Source of the DNA: Lama glama
Taxonomy: Eukaryota
NCBI GenBank assembly: GCA_028534125.1
Contig: CM052816.1
Location: 70,062,001 to 70,126,000, forward strand
Direction of reading: 5' to 3'
Length of the DNA: 64,000 nt
The translations under genes were made by a program, and so were the position numbers. Below the pieces are notes generated by a model. It was not told the DNA's origin. It ran no database searches and was given only the letters and a program-made list of their open reading frames with translations. This document shows positions 50,301 through 62,225 of this stretch, in pieces; position 1 is the stretch's first letter; every line of letters begins with the position of its first letter.

Positions 50301-52332
50301 CTGTCTTGTACAGGACCTGGCAGCGGCCGTTCTTTGCCTGGCGGAGCCAGCAATTCCCAGCTGCGGGGAGACAGGGGTGGGGAGGTGGGCGAGTAAGCGG
50401 CGGGGTAGGGGGAGGGAGGCGGCGAGCCGGCAAGGGCAGAAGGAGGCCCGGCGGGGATGGGGAGGGAGTGAGCGTGGAGGAGGAGGAGGAGAGAGAGATG
50501 GTAGAGAAAAGCAGAAAATAAACCGGAGGGAGTGAAAGGGGTGGGGAAAGAGAGGGGGAAAAAGCCTAGACTGAAGAAGTGGGAGGTGGGCGAGGGGGAG
50601 GGAGGGCGAGAGCGAGAAGCCGGAGCGCCCCAGCCATATCAATGTCAGTTACCAGTGACCCAGACACAACACGTGCAGCTTGCATTGACTTTTACTAGAC
50701 TGTTTACTTTTATTCGTCCCATTTCATAACCTGCAGCGACTCGAAGAGCAGATTAAAGAACCTGACAAAAACAGGATGCGACGGATGTTTTTACATGTCG
50801 GTTTCATGTAGGCGGTATGAGTATTATTTGTGACAGAGGTTAAGAAAGTAGGAGAATTTAAGACAGCGAGAGAAAGGGGGAAAAAGGGTTGGGAGGTGGA
50901 GAGAGAGACCGAGACAGACACGCATACAGGAACAGATCAAGGAAAAGGCACTTGTGAAAAATGAAAGCAAAAAAGCAATCGGGCCCTGCCCGGAGCTGCC
51001 CCGCGCGGCCTCGAGGAGCAGCCCGCCCGACGGGCCCGTTTTGCAATCCGCCAGACCCGGAGGACGCCCGCGGCCACCGCGATCTTTCGAAATCTCCGAG
51101 GGCTGCTTTCCCTGGCGCCCACGTCCCCGGCACCCAGGCAGCGCCTCGCCCGGAAAGGCGGGCAACTCAGAGGAGTGCGTTGCAGACGGCATGGGGCAGT
51201 GCCCAGGGAGACAGCTTACAATACACTCAAAATGTTAACGCTGAAACCAGGAAAGTTACACGTCTGTCTCAAGAAAAGTGTAGGGTGAAAAAAGGGGTTG
51301 GGGGGGGCTTCCTACCATTTCACGGTAACATATATGTACCTATCTCATACCTACCAAGAAATCTTTGCAAGTGAATTTTCCCCCTTCCTCCCTTTTAATG
51401 TTTGGACTTTGGTCAGGAAGACTTCTCATGAATCATCCACATAACTTTAACAGTAACTGGACCGCAAGCTGTTATTATTATTAAAAAATTCTGCCCTAAT
51501 ATTAATTGAAGTAAACAAATCTAATGAACCCCCCCAAACTTTAGAAATTTGCTTTTAAATGTATCTCAGAATTTAAATCAATTGTGGGCTTCTCACTGTT
51601 CTACAGAAAGTTAACAGCCAGAGGAATGAGGCAAAGGGAAAAGAAACTGTAAACTACTCAAAACAGTCATATATATATATTTCTGCGGGGTTGTGGGGAG
51701 GGGGTTGGAAGAAGCGTCCACTAGGCAGAAAGCTAATTCCTTCTAAAATTTTCGGCACCCACATTTCCAAGTTTGGGCAAAGTTTCTGAAATCACGTCCC
51801 CCAGCCACCGAAGAAATTTCAGTATTCCCCCCCTTTCCACCCAGTCGTTTTTAAAAGTATCCAAAAGATACAGGAAGGAGAGAGGTTAGATTGCAAATGG
51901 TTCGACTTAAATCTCCGGACTACTGATGCTTGTCCTCTTCTTCAGAGCCAAACAGGGGAGATAACATCTAGACTCACTATGTCCAGAACTTGGAGCATCT
52001 AACCCTAACTACTGAGAAAGACTCCAGCTCACTCCCTTTCCTTTTAAAGGATAACCGCGCTCCAAACTCGGTTCCCGGTCCTTAAGTGTCACTGCCTTCA
52101 GTTTTCCCACTCCTCTCCATCCCAGACTCGCTAAGTTGGTCCAACATCTTCAGAGAGCAACGTTGCTCAGAACAGACCCCGGGGAGACGACAGAAGTACA
52201 AACCCCTGCCCTCAGCCGAGCCTCCCAGCGCATCCCCTCTCGCTTACCCTGGGCGCTGCGGTCCTCCATGAACTGGCAGAGCAGCAGCAGCAGGAGGCAA
52301 AGCCCGCCGGGCTGGTGCCTGGGACGGACCAT
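47232..52332 (-). CDS. FST: Follistatin precursor FST344; spliced CDS = join(52332-52248, 50360-50169, 49731-49513, 49182-48958, 48290-48060, 47314-47232)
   Basis: Exon lengths 85+192+219+225+231+83 = 1035 nt = 344 aa + stop. All introns are GT-AG. The translation [42 protein letters not shown]...[27 protein letters not shown] matches mammalian follistatin. Confidence 0.99.
47315..47592 (-). other. FST: Alternative 5' extension of the FST last exon (upstream acceptor, FST317/FS288 isoform)
   Basis: ctttttatctaatttcag|GAATCTGCC. Exon 5's terminal T joins GA to form TGA, giving 954 nt = 317 aa + stop, the known short isoform. Confidence 0.93.
48060..48290 (-). CDS. FST: FST exon 5 (FS domain 3)
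   Basis: Absent from the ORF track. Manual translation gives [77 protein letters not shown]. Acceptor cctag, donor T|GTAAGT; 231 nt. Confidence 0.98.
48958..49182 (-). CDS. FST: FST exon 4 (FS domain 2)
   Basis: Acceptor tttcag, [27 protein letters not shown]...GLAYEGKCI, donor A|GTAGGT; 225 nt. Confidence 0.98.
49513..49731 (-). CDS. FST: FST exon 3 (FS domain 1, with heparin-binding [12 protein letters not shown])
   Basis: Acceptor cctag, [30 protein letters not shown]...EVQYQGKCK, donor A|GTAGGT; 219 nt. Confidence 0.98.
50169..50360 (-). CDS. FST: FST exon 2 (N-terminal TB-like domain)
   Basis: Acceptor ccccgcag, [32 protein letters not shown]...[10 protein letters not shown], donor G|GTAGGG; 192 nt. 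Confidence 0.98.
50630..50712 (-). promoter_or_regulatory. FST intron 1 activin-responsive Smad/forkhead enhancer candidate
   Basis: CAGAC at 50661-50665, E-box CACGTG at 50670-50675, TAGAC abutting forkhead TGTTTAC at 50696-50707. It lies about 1.8 kb downstream of the inferred TSS, where a Smad3/FOXL2 element is described in rodent Fst intron 1. Confidence 0.7.
52248..52332 (-). CDS. FST: FST coding exon 1 (signal peptide)
   Basis: ATG at 52332-52330, [28 protein letters not shown], donor G|GTAAGC. Confidence 0.98.
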
Positions 52333-52489
52333 CCTGGGGGCAGGCGCGGGGCGAGGAGCGCGGCGGCGCGGGGAGCGGGCGCGGCGGCAAGTGGCTCCGG
52401 CGAGCGGCGCGCGTCGCAGAGGCGAGCGGCGGAGGGCGCAGCGATCCCGGCGCAGCCCCGCGCTCGCCGCCGGCCGCCCGCGCGATTCA

Positions 52490-52720
52490 ATGGACGTCAG
52501 AAGCCGGGCGCAGCCGCGCTTTAAATCTAGACGGGGGTCTCCGCAGTTTGCGGTGGGCGGTCTCCCAGTGTGTGGGGCAGTGGGAGGGCGGCCGCGAGCA
52601 AGGGTGTGCGCGGCTCCTTGGGGGTGGGGAGCTTTTAAAAGTTCAGTGTGAATCAGGTGACATTTCCCACCTTCTGGAAACCCTTCCCAATTATCTGGTG
52701 GAGGTGCCCGAAATCAAAGC
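52490..52720 (-). promoter_or_regulatory. FST proximal promoter: TATA-like TTTAAA (52520-52525), CRE-like TGACGTCC (about 52492-52499), AP-1-like TGAATCA (52649-52655), TCF/LEF CTTTGAT (52713-52719)
   Basis: Motifs read directly, 160-390 nt upstream of the ATG in a CpG island. These motif classes are reported for mammalian follistatin promoters. Confidence 0.75.
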
Positions 52721-52893
52721 GGCAGGAGGGGAATCGCCGAGTTCTTATTTGCGTAGGAGCGAGAGGGAGGGGGCAGGCGACCGGGGCGGGGGATGGGGGC
52801 GACGCTTCGGGGGTGGGGAGTGGGGGAGAACACCCACTTCAAGTCCTGCACGCCGCCGCTCGCAGGCAGCGCCGGCGCGCCCGGGGTGGTGGC

Positions 52894-52920
52894 GTGTGTG
52901 TGTGTGTGTGTGTGTGTGGG

Positions 52921-52951
<31 letters not shown>
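52894..52951. repeat. Interrupted (GT)n microsatellite in the FST upstream region
   Basis: Two TG runs separated by a G6 run. Confidence 0.95.
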
Positions 52952-52953
<2 letters not shown>

Positions 52954-53517
52954 GGGGAGGGGGTCGCGGTGGGGGCGCTGGAGGCGGCGGCGGGCGGGGT
53001 GGAGTGGAGCGGGGACAGGGGTGGCTCAGGAGTTGGTCTCCGCACCGCCACTCCTCCGTTCCAAGAAGACTTTACAAATGCCCAGAGAGCCCCGAGCTGC
53101 CGAAATACCCAGCTCGGGGTCGGGTCGCCGCCGTTTTAGGCCCCCGCAGCTTGGGCGCGGGACCCCGCGACGTTTTGTGTCTGGGTCTCCGCTTGCCGAG
53201 CTCTGTGGCCACCCCGACCCCAGAGCTGTGGCTGGGAACCGTGGCCCTGGCACGTTCCACCCCAGCTGAGCCGGGCCGAGACGCGGCCCTCGGTCTCGAC
53301 GAGTCAGAAGCAAACAAAAATGTTTAACACCTCAGGCCCGGCTGCCCCGCCGTCACAATCTCGCCCTCTCCCTTTCTTTTCTCCCCTTTCACTTCGCCGC
53401 GTCTGGAGTCGGAGCCTGGAGCTGGGGCGCCGACGTAGGCGGTCTGGCTCCCCCCCCGCTCTCGGAGACTCCCCAGTTTCTGCCTTGTGAGTCTCTGTCT
53501 GTCTCTTCCAGTCTCCT

Positions 53518-53522
<5 letters not shown>

Positions 53523-53558
<36 letters not shown>
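53523..53558. repeat. (CT)n microsatellite
   Basis: Perfect TC dinucleotide run. Confidence 0.95.
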
Positions 53559-53561
<3 letters not shown>

Positions 53562-54601
53562 TCGCGGAATAAAAAAGATTGCAACATCGATAATGAACTT
53601 CTGTAGCCTCAGTTTATTAAGCACAGTGCCTGGCATTCTTCGCTGAAAGTTGGCGGGTCTCTCATTTATAACATTTTTGGCACCGCTGAATGAAACTGAG
53701 GAGGCGATATTTCCTTTTATATAAAACGATTACTTCACGGAAAATGCTATATTGTTTATTCCAAAGCTGCCTTTTTAATTTCTATTCTTTTCGCTTCTGG
53801 AGCGCGAAGGACAACAGACAGCGAAGTATGCAGACAAAATTCTTGGACATTCGCAGGTCACTGGGATTTGTTCTCCTACAAATTTCAAATCCGCCCCTCT
53901 TCGCCCCCCCACCCCCAGCCTTCCCCCGCCAGACCGCCCCCCAGGCCTCCTCTCGCCCTCCCACCCCCCATCTTCCACCACCCTCCTCCCACCCCCTCCA
54001 CAACTGCAAATAACTCAGTGATAACAGATTTTTTTCCACCAACTGCAGGAGATAGTGCTAATCTTTTAATAAAAGATCCCATTACAATGGGATCTGTCTG
54101 GACAGACTATAATAGATCCCGAAATACAGCCGTGCTAATATTAGAAGACAGTTGTTTGGGTGCCTCTCAGACGGGCCCAAGCCCCCCTTTGAAAGTGGGC
54201 ATGAATCACAAAGCCCCGCGGCCGCCGCACCTGCACCGCGCGCATTCGGTGCAGCAGGCTGGTAAAAACGGGTGACCTCGCCGCTGCTTTTCGCTTTATA
54301 ATTACCGTCCTGAGTACGGGAGGGGAGGGGCGCGGGCGGCAGGGGCGGGTAGGTGGGGGCGCTGGCGTTTTGCTCACTTCAGACGGCTCTGGGGGCTCCA
54401 CATCCTTTTTAATCTTTCCAGATTTATTCTCTCTCTTCCCTCTTCTCTCTTTTCCCTCCCGTTTACGCCCACCCCTTCTCCTCTTTTTTCTTTCCCTTCT
54501 TCCCCGACTCTGCTCATTCTTCCCCACCCTTTAGCCTCCCCTCTTTTTTTCCCGTCTTCCTTTCTCTCTTCCCTCCAATGCAGCATTAATGTAGAGTTGT
54601 T

Positions 54602-54620
54602 TAGTGCCCTCTAATGGCAG
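54602..54620 (-). promoter_or_regulatory. Candidate CTCF site upstream of FST
   Basis: tagtgccctctaatggcag resembles the reverse-complement CTCF core TAGYGCCMYCTRGTGGC. Confidence 0.5.
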
Positions 54621-57600
54621 ACGACATTAACAATTAATAGCAAACTGTCCCCTCTGCAGGAGCCGACACTCAATGGCTGAGTTCCAAAGTTGAATTTATT
54701 CCTTCTTTATTCAGGCAGATGGACATAGTGCTTATACAGTAATGTGCTGGAGGGGAAGTTTGCTTTCTCCCCTTCAAGTCTTTTTTTTCCAGGGAAAAGT
54801 TAGTTGAAGGAAAGGGGGAAGCTAACCATTATTGTTACTTGACTTTTTCGGTGGTGGTGGTGGGGGGTATAGATTTGTCTTTACAGCAGCAAGAGACACA
54901 GATTATGTTATATTAAGGTTTATCAAATCGTGTATCTAGGGTTGGAAAATAAATATTCTAAATACATAAAAATCTTAGGTAGATGGTGGGATCTTACGGT
55001 TGTGCTACCAATAGTCATTAAAACATTTTAAGACTCAAATGTAATCATATGATCTTATATTTGCCTCCTTTAAAAAATACATTTATTGGTCTTGAATCTT
55101 CTGTAGCCTCTTGAACCTGAAAAAAATCTAATTGTAGTTAAATTTTTCACCTTAGGACCATGCAAAACATTCAAATTTTACTCATGACTGGTAGTATATG
55201 AAGTCATCTTGCCTAGAAGAATACGGGGTCATATTGTAATGCATAGTTTATTTTCTCAGTACTTTTGGGATGATTGTTTTAAAGACCATAATTTCCTTGT
55301 ATTTTATAACCTTATAGCAATAAAAATAGTGGTGTAACTTCCATGTTCTCAATAGATTTAACCCTTGTTCATTTACATGTGCACATAGAATATATTGATA
55401 TAAAAATTCATACACAATATGACTTTTTTGGGGGAGGATCTAATTGGCTAAATGAAAATTAGAATACATACAGTTTTGAGGGATTAATCAAAAGAATATT
55501 TTATCTGAATACTTAAGCAAATGTATTTGGTTTATTCAGCAAGTTATTTTAGTTTGTGTATATAGAAACAACTGGTATCATAAGAAATTTCTAAATTAAT
55601 TTAATCCAAGGTATGTCCACACAATTCCAGTATGATGGGTAAAAAGTAAAAATTCTGTTTCTGTTTTATTCTTTGTCTACATAATGCCAAGTACTCAGAC
55701 CAGTCATTTAACTAAATTGACTGCATTGACTAGTGGGTTTGGCATCATGTGATTGTCTAGGCTAAGCCAAAGCAGACACAGTAGCTCTCATTGTAAAAAT
55801 TGCTGCCGCTCACGGGAATGCTCCAGGACCAGAGGCAGACCCAATACAGGATTACTTCTTGCCCCCGAGAGGGTGGCCCTGAGGGTCAGGGTTGAGGTCA
55901 CAGGCAAACACACGGTGGAAAACATAAGTGCTGTGTTGCTCTTGCCTTTGTGAATAAGCAGTTTGGTGTTTGTTTAGTGATACAAGCTCATCCTGTTTTT
56001 CAGCTGCACCTTGGATAGTATTGATCTGTTTGGGAGAATGTCTGCTCCCGAATCGGCACAGATCAGTCATCAGGATTCTTGTTGGCCTTGGGTTATTTTC
56101 TGGCCAGTCTGAGGAAATGAGACACAGGTCAATATTGGTTTCATATGGGCTTCCTGTGAGCATCAGCAAGAGATCCATCCAATTTCTGGGTATGAAATGG
56201 TATCACACCTGTTCAGTGACATCACAGAAAAACAGCTGCTATTTCTTTTACTGTTTTATCTCCTGTAAATGTTAAATATTGGGTTTGTAGATGTCTAAAT
56301 GTCAAGGGGACATTTTAAAATAAAAATGCCTTCTTTCATTTTTTTTGTATGCCTCCAAGTTTGACTTCTTATTTTTTTCCCTTTCTGCTCTGCCAGAAAA
56401 GTAAATGTAAATCATGAGAAACACAATAGGACCACTTTGTAGCTGACTTTCTGGGCAGCACACAAAAAGACTGCTGTTCTCTGATTGTTTTCTTGTCAGC
56501 TTCAAAAACTATCTTCCTTCTAAAGTTTATAAATTTAAAATATATAGAGTTTAGCAAATAATTCAATCTAGCTCCCAAGATAGCTAGTTGAAACCGTATC
56601 AAATTGTTGTTTGAGGCAGAACTGACCTGGTTAAATTTTAGTCCCTAAAAAGAAAATATGGAGGGGGTAGGGTGAGGTTATATACGGAATTTTTGGAAAT
56701 ATCGAACTAAGTAGCTTTTACTTTTTGCTTTAAAATTAACCATCAAACTTTTTTGAAGTAAGGGATTTTCCAAAATGAATATTAAAATTTCAAATGCAAA
56801 TAATCAACCTTGATTAACAAAATTTAAGCACTTGAGAAACAGGCTGAAGTGATTTTAAAATCAAATTTTGTTCTTCTAGGTACAGAACAGTTACTTAATG
56901 CGTCATAGTCCTAGGTGTTGTGTAACTTCGTAGACTAGGATGAGGATTTGAGGTCAGGGGTAGTAGTTCTGTATTGGCTGAATTGTTGCAGAACTAAGTT
57001 AAGAAATGTGAGTACATAAAAGCAATGTTTATCCAAGAGGTCCAAGCCACCAGTTGATTAAGTTTTTAAAAAGTCATTAGAATATATGGTTTTTAAATAT
57101 ACTACTGAGAAAACAATCAATTGATTACCTGAACGTTTCTATTTTCAGTGTGGCTTTTATGTTATGTAGAGCCAGCCAATCATGGACAGCCCTTTCTTTT
57201 TGATACTACTGGTTTCTAACGTTTCTATTGCTTTATTTTGCCCTTCAATTTCAGAAATATTTTGGGTTTCCAGAAGTCATCTATGCTATGTGGCACATAG
57301 TCACTTATACCAGCCGTATAAGCATATTCAAGTTTAATATAACTAAGTCATTAAAATAAACCATAGTAAGGAATTCAAATTATGTCTCAGGATAGGAATG
57401 TTATATTGGATTAGTAGAAACTTCTAATAGTTTACTGTATTTTAGTTCACTGTGACGGCACAAATGATTCATATATTTGTATATGAATGAAAATATCAGT
57501 GTATGATCTTTAGCACTTTTAACCCTGATTCTGTTTTTATTTCCTACTGTATGGAAAGGGTGAGGAGAGCAAATCAGTATTTGCTGTTCTGTTTCCCTAT

Positions 57601-58039
57601 GTTGTGACTGAAACAATGTGTCAGTCAAAGTCAGTTCCACCTTTCTGGATTATTCATTGGTTGAAGGTGAGCTGATATGTTACTTTTGTATATTATGGTT
57701 TCTGTTACCTCATTTTAGCTTCCCATAGAGTAGCAGTGGTTTGCACATTTAATAATTAGTTCTTTTCTAAATGTTTGCCCATTCAATATTGCAGTCAGTA
57801 GTTGACAGAATTGCTGTTTAATCATCCATGGTGTCATTTGTATTTTTTTATTTGACATGAATCCTGTTTCATTTCTGATGTCTAATTTGCCCCAAAAGTG
57901 AAATATTATATTTATGATAGGTCCAAAGTTCACAAGACAGACATGGCTTTATGCATCTTATTGCATCTTTCTATAGATTTTTAATTAGTCATCTTTCCTC
58001 AAAGGGGAAGTCATTCCAAATCTATATTGCATTTGCCTT

Positions 58040-58455
58040 TGCACCTCATAAGTATGAATCGGTCTATTACTGGGTTCTCTATTTTGTTCCATTGATCTGT
58101 TTGTTGATCCTATGCCAGTCTCACACCATCTTGACTACTGTGACTTTGTAGTAAGTAAGGAAGTCAGGTAGTGTAGTTCCTCCAACTTTGTTCTTTTTCA
58201 GGATTGCTTTGGGTATTCTAGTTGCATTTTCATATAAATTTTAGAATCCACTAGTTGGATTCTACCAAAAAAAAAAAAAAGAAAAAGAAAAAGCAAAGCA
58301 AAGAAAAGAAAAAAGCTTGATGGGATTGTGATTGGGATAGATCAGTCTGGGGAGAATTGACCTTTTAAAGATATTGAGTTTTCAAAACCATGAACATGGT
58401 ATATCTTTCCATTTACTTATGTTTTCTTTAATTTCTCTCAACTATGGTCTGTAGA
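58040..58455 (-). mobile_element. L1 ORF2 fragment interrupted by an A-rich tract (58268-58314)
   Basis: tctattttgttccattgatct, cctccaactttgttctttttc, catataaattttagaatc, ccatgaacatggtatatctttccattt. Confidence 0.8.
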
Positions 58456-59703
58456 TACATTTTATATTTTGACTGTTTTTGAAAAACATGCTGAAGCAGG
58501 GTAATAAATGAAGTTTTCAGCTCTTTATCACAAAGGAACTCAATAGGTTATAAAGATTTCCTGGTTCAGGTTTATACATGTCTTCACATTTTCTAAGGCT
58601 GACTATCTATGGTCAGTCAAAAAAAATATATTGAGCACATTTTCCAGGAGTGATGTGCTAACTCATCAAGATCTCTTGCATGCATTCTTTTGGTGTTTCT
58701 CTTAGATCATAGTCACTCCTTTAAATGAATAATTTCTGTCACCATAAGATTCCCAGTGAGTGCTAAAAATGACCCTTTATTGGTTAGTGTTTTGTTGAAT
58801 ATTCTTTCAGAATTTTCATGTGAATATATTCCTACTCAAAATAATCCATCATCATGCTTAAGTTTTGAGAGGTGGAAACATGCAGTTCCTGTTGTGCCAA
58901 CATTTTGTGGCAGTTACTTTTTGTCTGTATTCTTTATTGAAGAGTTATGTCATCTTTTCATTTGTTATTGCTCTCCCTGATTCATTCATCCTCCCTGTGG
59001 TTTCTTTTCCTCTTATATCTCATTTTCCGTCCACCAGAAGGATTAGTACCAAAATTGTACCTTTTGCAGCATATATTGGCTTATTTTTTTCATGTAAATG
59101 CTACATTCAAAAGCAAACTATACTTTATATTGTTTCTCCAACAGTACTATTAAATATTTAACAATGGGTTGAGGTCAAATGGTGATGACACAACATGTGG
59201 AAATACAGAACAGATGATGCATTAAGTGTTGAAATAAATTATTTCAACACATGGTGAACCTTGGTATTTTTTTGGACTGGAATAGGAATATGTATATTTT
59301 GAAGACTAGTAGATGAATGACAAAGGCAGTTTTGGTCAATGTATGCTTAATCTCCCATAAATAGTCATTCTTTAACAATATAAATTTTTTGTGTATATAG
59401 GAGGCTCATTTATTTGATTTTCCAATACATTAGTTAGATGATTCTTCTAAACTAGTCTCAGTGTGATTTCCTTGCAAATAAGGATATGAATATCATCAAC
59501 ATGAACCATGTGTTAATGGCTCACATGCTGGGCAGATGGAAACATAGTGTGGAAGAACTATTTAGTTGAGATCATTTTGGCCTCAAGACGTCTAATCTTT
59601 GCTTTAATAGAAAACATTGCTTTGGCCAGCCAGATGACACAACCATCACAATGTCAACATTTTCATTTTGCCAGAGCACCAGATTTCCTGAAGAAACTTT
59701 TAG

Positions 59704-59908
59704 GCAGTGATTCCTAACTTTTTCTTATTCACTGTCTATCTTAGAAACTATTGAAAGATATGAACATTTCTTTGGCATAGTGCACATAAACCAACACATA
59801 TACACCTGCACAAAATTTTACATTCATTTTTAGGAAGGTTGTAAGTATTTTGAAATCTATGCATGAATCCTTGCAGGGTTCCATGGACCCCAGATCAAGA
59901 CCCCTGAT
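59704..59908. mobile_element. hAT-Charlie MITE remnant
   Basis: cagtgattcctaacttttt ... gggttccatggaccccagatcaagacccctg termini. Confidence 0.5.
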
Positions 59909-60504
59909 TTTGAAAGATCCAACTTCTAGATGGTCTGATTATTCTGCCAATGTACCCCAATCAGCCTATCTGTTTTTCAAGAATCATTCAAACCATAGTT
60001 AGTGTGTCCTTCCTAGAATAATTCCATATATTAATGTGTTTTACATAATTAACCAGTGTTAACCATTAGAACAACTGTCTTGAGAGGGTTCAAAATACAC
60101 ACACCCCGATATGCATCTATCTATTATTTTGTCCTTTAATAATAGCTACCATGTATTGAGTACCTATTTCATGCCAGGAACAGGAAATATATCATCTCTA
60201 TTTTCTTAACTACTTTCCAGATAGATGATGTTATCACCATTTCCTAGATCTCTCCACAAAACCAAAGAAAGCTGAGCCAGGAAAACTTTATAGCCCAGCA
60301 TTTAGAAAGGGATTGTACTTTAGGCATTCCAAAAAGTAATGAGCAAAAGAAACAGCTCTATAAGGAATACTATATTCTAAACAACTTAACATACTTTTAC
60401 AAATGATGTTTTTCTACTGTATGCATAAAATCTGCAGCTGAGGCACACAAAATTTTCTAGCGCAAATAGCTTACAGCCTTTCTGTGGCTTAATTTTCAAC
60501 ATAA

Positions 60505-61290
60505 TTTCAACAAATATTTATTAAACGTCTGTGATAGTTTCCAGACTCTGGTACAGATAGAGAAGAAAACAAGGCAAATCTAGTTGCAGCCTTCTTAGCA
60601 CTTTTGAGATAACAGGGACGGCAGATATTAAATAAGTGCAAATAATAAATTGTGATGAGGATGGCCAGGGAAGGTCTTCCTAATGAAGTGACATTTAGAT
60701 GAGACCTTCCTTGTGTTTGAGGAGGGGTTATCCAGCAGAAGGTAGTGCATGGAGGAGATGGTGGAAGAGTATTTTTGAAGCCCAGGAGGCAAGAGAAAAA
60801 TCGTTTGAGGAACAAAAAGATGTTTAGTAATGACCAAAGCACATACTTAGAGATGAAAAGTGGAAATTGAGGAGATGGAAGAAGTTGATGGTGCAGGTTA
60901 CATGTGTGCTTATAAAAATCCTGGGTTCATTGGTTGCCCAGAGGAAATCCATGGGAATATTTGACCTGGAAATGTTCTCTGTGTCTGAACTGTGGAGACA
61001 GACTTTGAAGGCACTAGCACTGGTGAAAGGCTACCTTTTGAGATGCCATCCCTGTAGCAGAACTCTATCAGGGTTGAAGAGGAGGATAGATTTAAGACAT
61101 GGTTAAGAGGTAGAATTGATACGTTCTGTTGATTGATGGAATGAGGGAGATGAGGGAGGAGAAGGACACAGGGATGACTCTTGGGTTTCTGGTATGAATA
61201 AGGATGTGGGTGGTGATGTCATTTCCTGAGATAAACAACACTGGTGGAGGGGCAGGTTTCTGTTTGGGACTTGTCTTTAAGGAGCCTGTG
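60505..61290 (-). mobile_element. L2 fragment including the 3' end
   Basis: ttcaacaaatatttatt (reverse L2 tail), agggaaggtcttcctaatgaagtgacattt, ggatgactcttgggtttctgg. Confidence 0.75.
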
Positions 61291-61884
61291 GGATTCAAGA
61301 AATTTTGAATGCCCTGAATTGCTAACGTCATCTTTATGAACAAATCTGTTGTGGGTAACACAAGACAGTCTTTCTTTCTGGCCCTGAAAATAGGCAGATC
61401 TACCTAGATATGACAAATTACAACCAAGAATACAGAGCACTTTGAATGAACTAACTAGACAAATGAACACAAAATGGGTGGTTATTTCATAAATCAATAC
61501 CAAGAAAATACACGTGCCCCTTTGCACTTTCTAAGCGCTAGCTTTAAAGGGTAGCAGCAACTCAATATATAAAACTTACATGAGGATAGGATGAAAGGGG
61601 CCCAAGCACTCTGTTAAGATACACAACTGTGTGGGACTCTTTATGTTGTGTAAATCTATCCCAGTCCCAGAAGGCATTGCTATCCAGGATCCAGCTCCTG
61701 AAGTGGGGATGGAGAGAGCAGAAGATGAGAAATCCATCTTCAGCTACTTTGGGTGTTTATTCATACATTATACAATGTTTATTGTGTGAATAGAATTAAT
61801 TGAGTACAATTGAGTAACAATTGGTAGCAAAACCATTAAATGAATAATTGATGGGGAATTGACATTTATGTCAATATTTATATA

Positions 61885-62225
61885 TCCTCACTAATATTTG
61901 GGTTGTTCTCACTCTTTAGCTGTTCTGGATAATACTGCTATGAATATACTCATACAAGTTTTTTACAACCTGTATTTTCATCTATCTTGTATACCTAAGA
62001 ATACTATACATGTAAACCTAGAAGTGGAATTACTGGATCATAGATAACTCCACTTAAACTTTGATTTGCTACCAAATTGTTTTCCAACAGTATTTTGGAA
62101 ACTGTTCATATTATATTTAATTCCACCAACAAAGTACAAGTGTTCTAATTTCTCCACATCCTTGCCAGCTCTTGCTAGTAACTGCTTTTTTTTTATAGCC
62201 ATATTAATAGGTGTGGTATCTTAAG
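61885..62225 (-). mobile_element. L1 fragment
   Basis: aatactgctatgaatat, cctagaagtggaattactggatcata, tttctccacatccttgccagc. Confidence 0.75.

Larger units (their letters stand above)
49500..54380. promoter_or_regulatory. CpG-rich domain(s) over the FST promoter and exons 1-3 (interrupted by an AT-richer part of intron 1)
   Basis: Visibly high GC and CpG density at about 49500-51200, 52050-53500 and 53780-54380. Confidence 0.85.

Noticed and set aside
49756..50535. 259-aa plus-strand ORF
   Set aside because: It is an antisense shadow of FST exon 2 and GC-rich introns, with a non-ATG start.
52136..53327. Several 160-260-aa ORFs over the FST promoter
   Set aside because: They are low-complexity translations of CpG-island and (GT)n sequence.
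61858..61875. Palindrome attgacat-tt-atgtcaat
   Set aside because: 8-bp arms in AT-rich DNA beside an L1 fragment are expected by chance in 64 kb.
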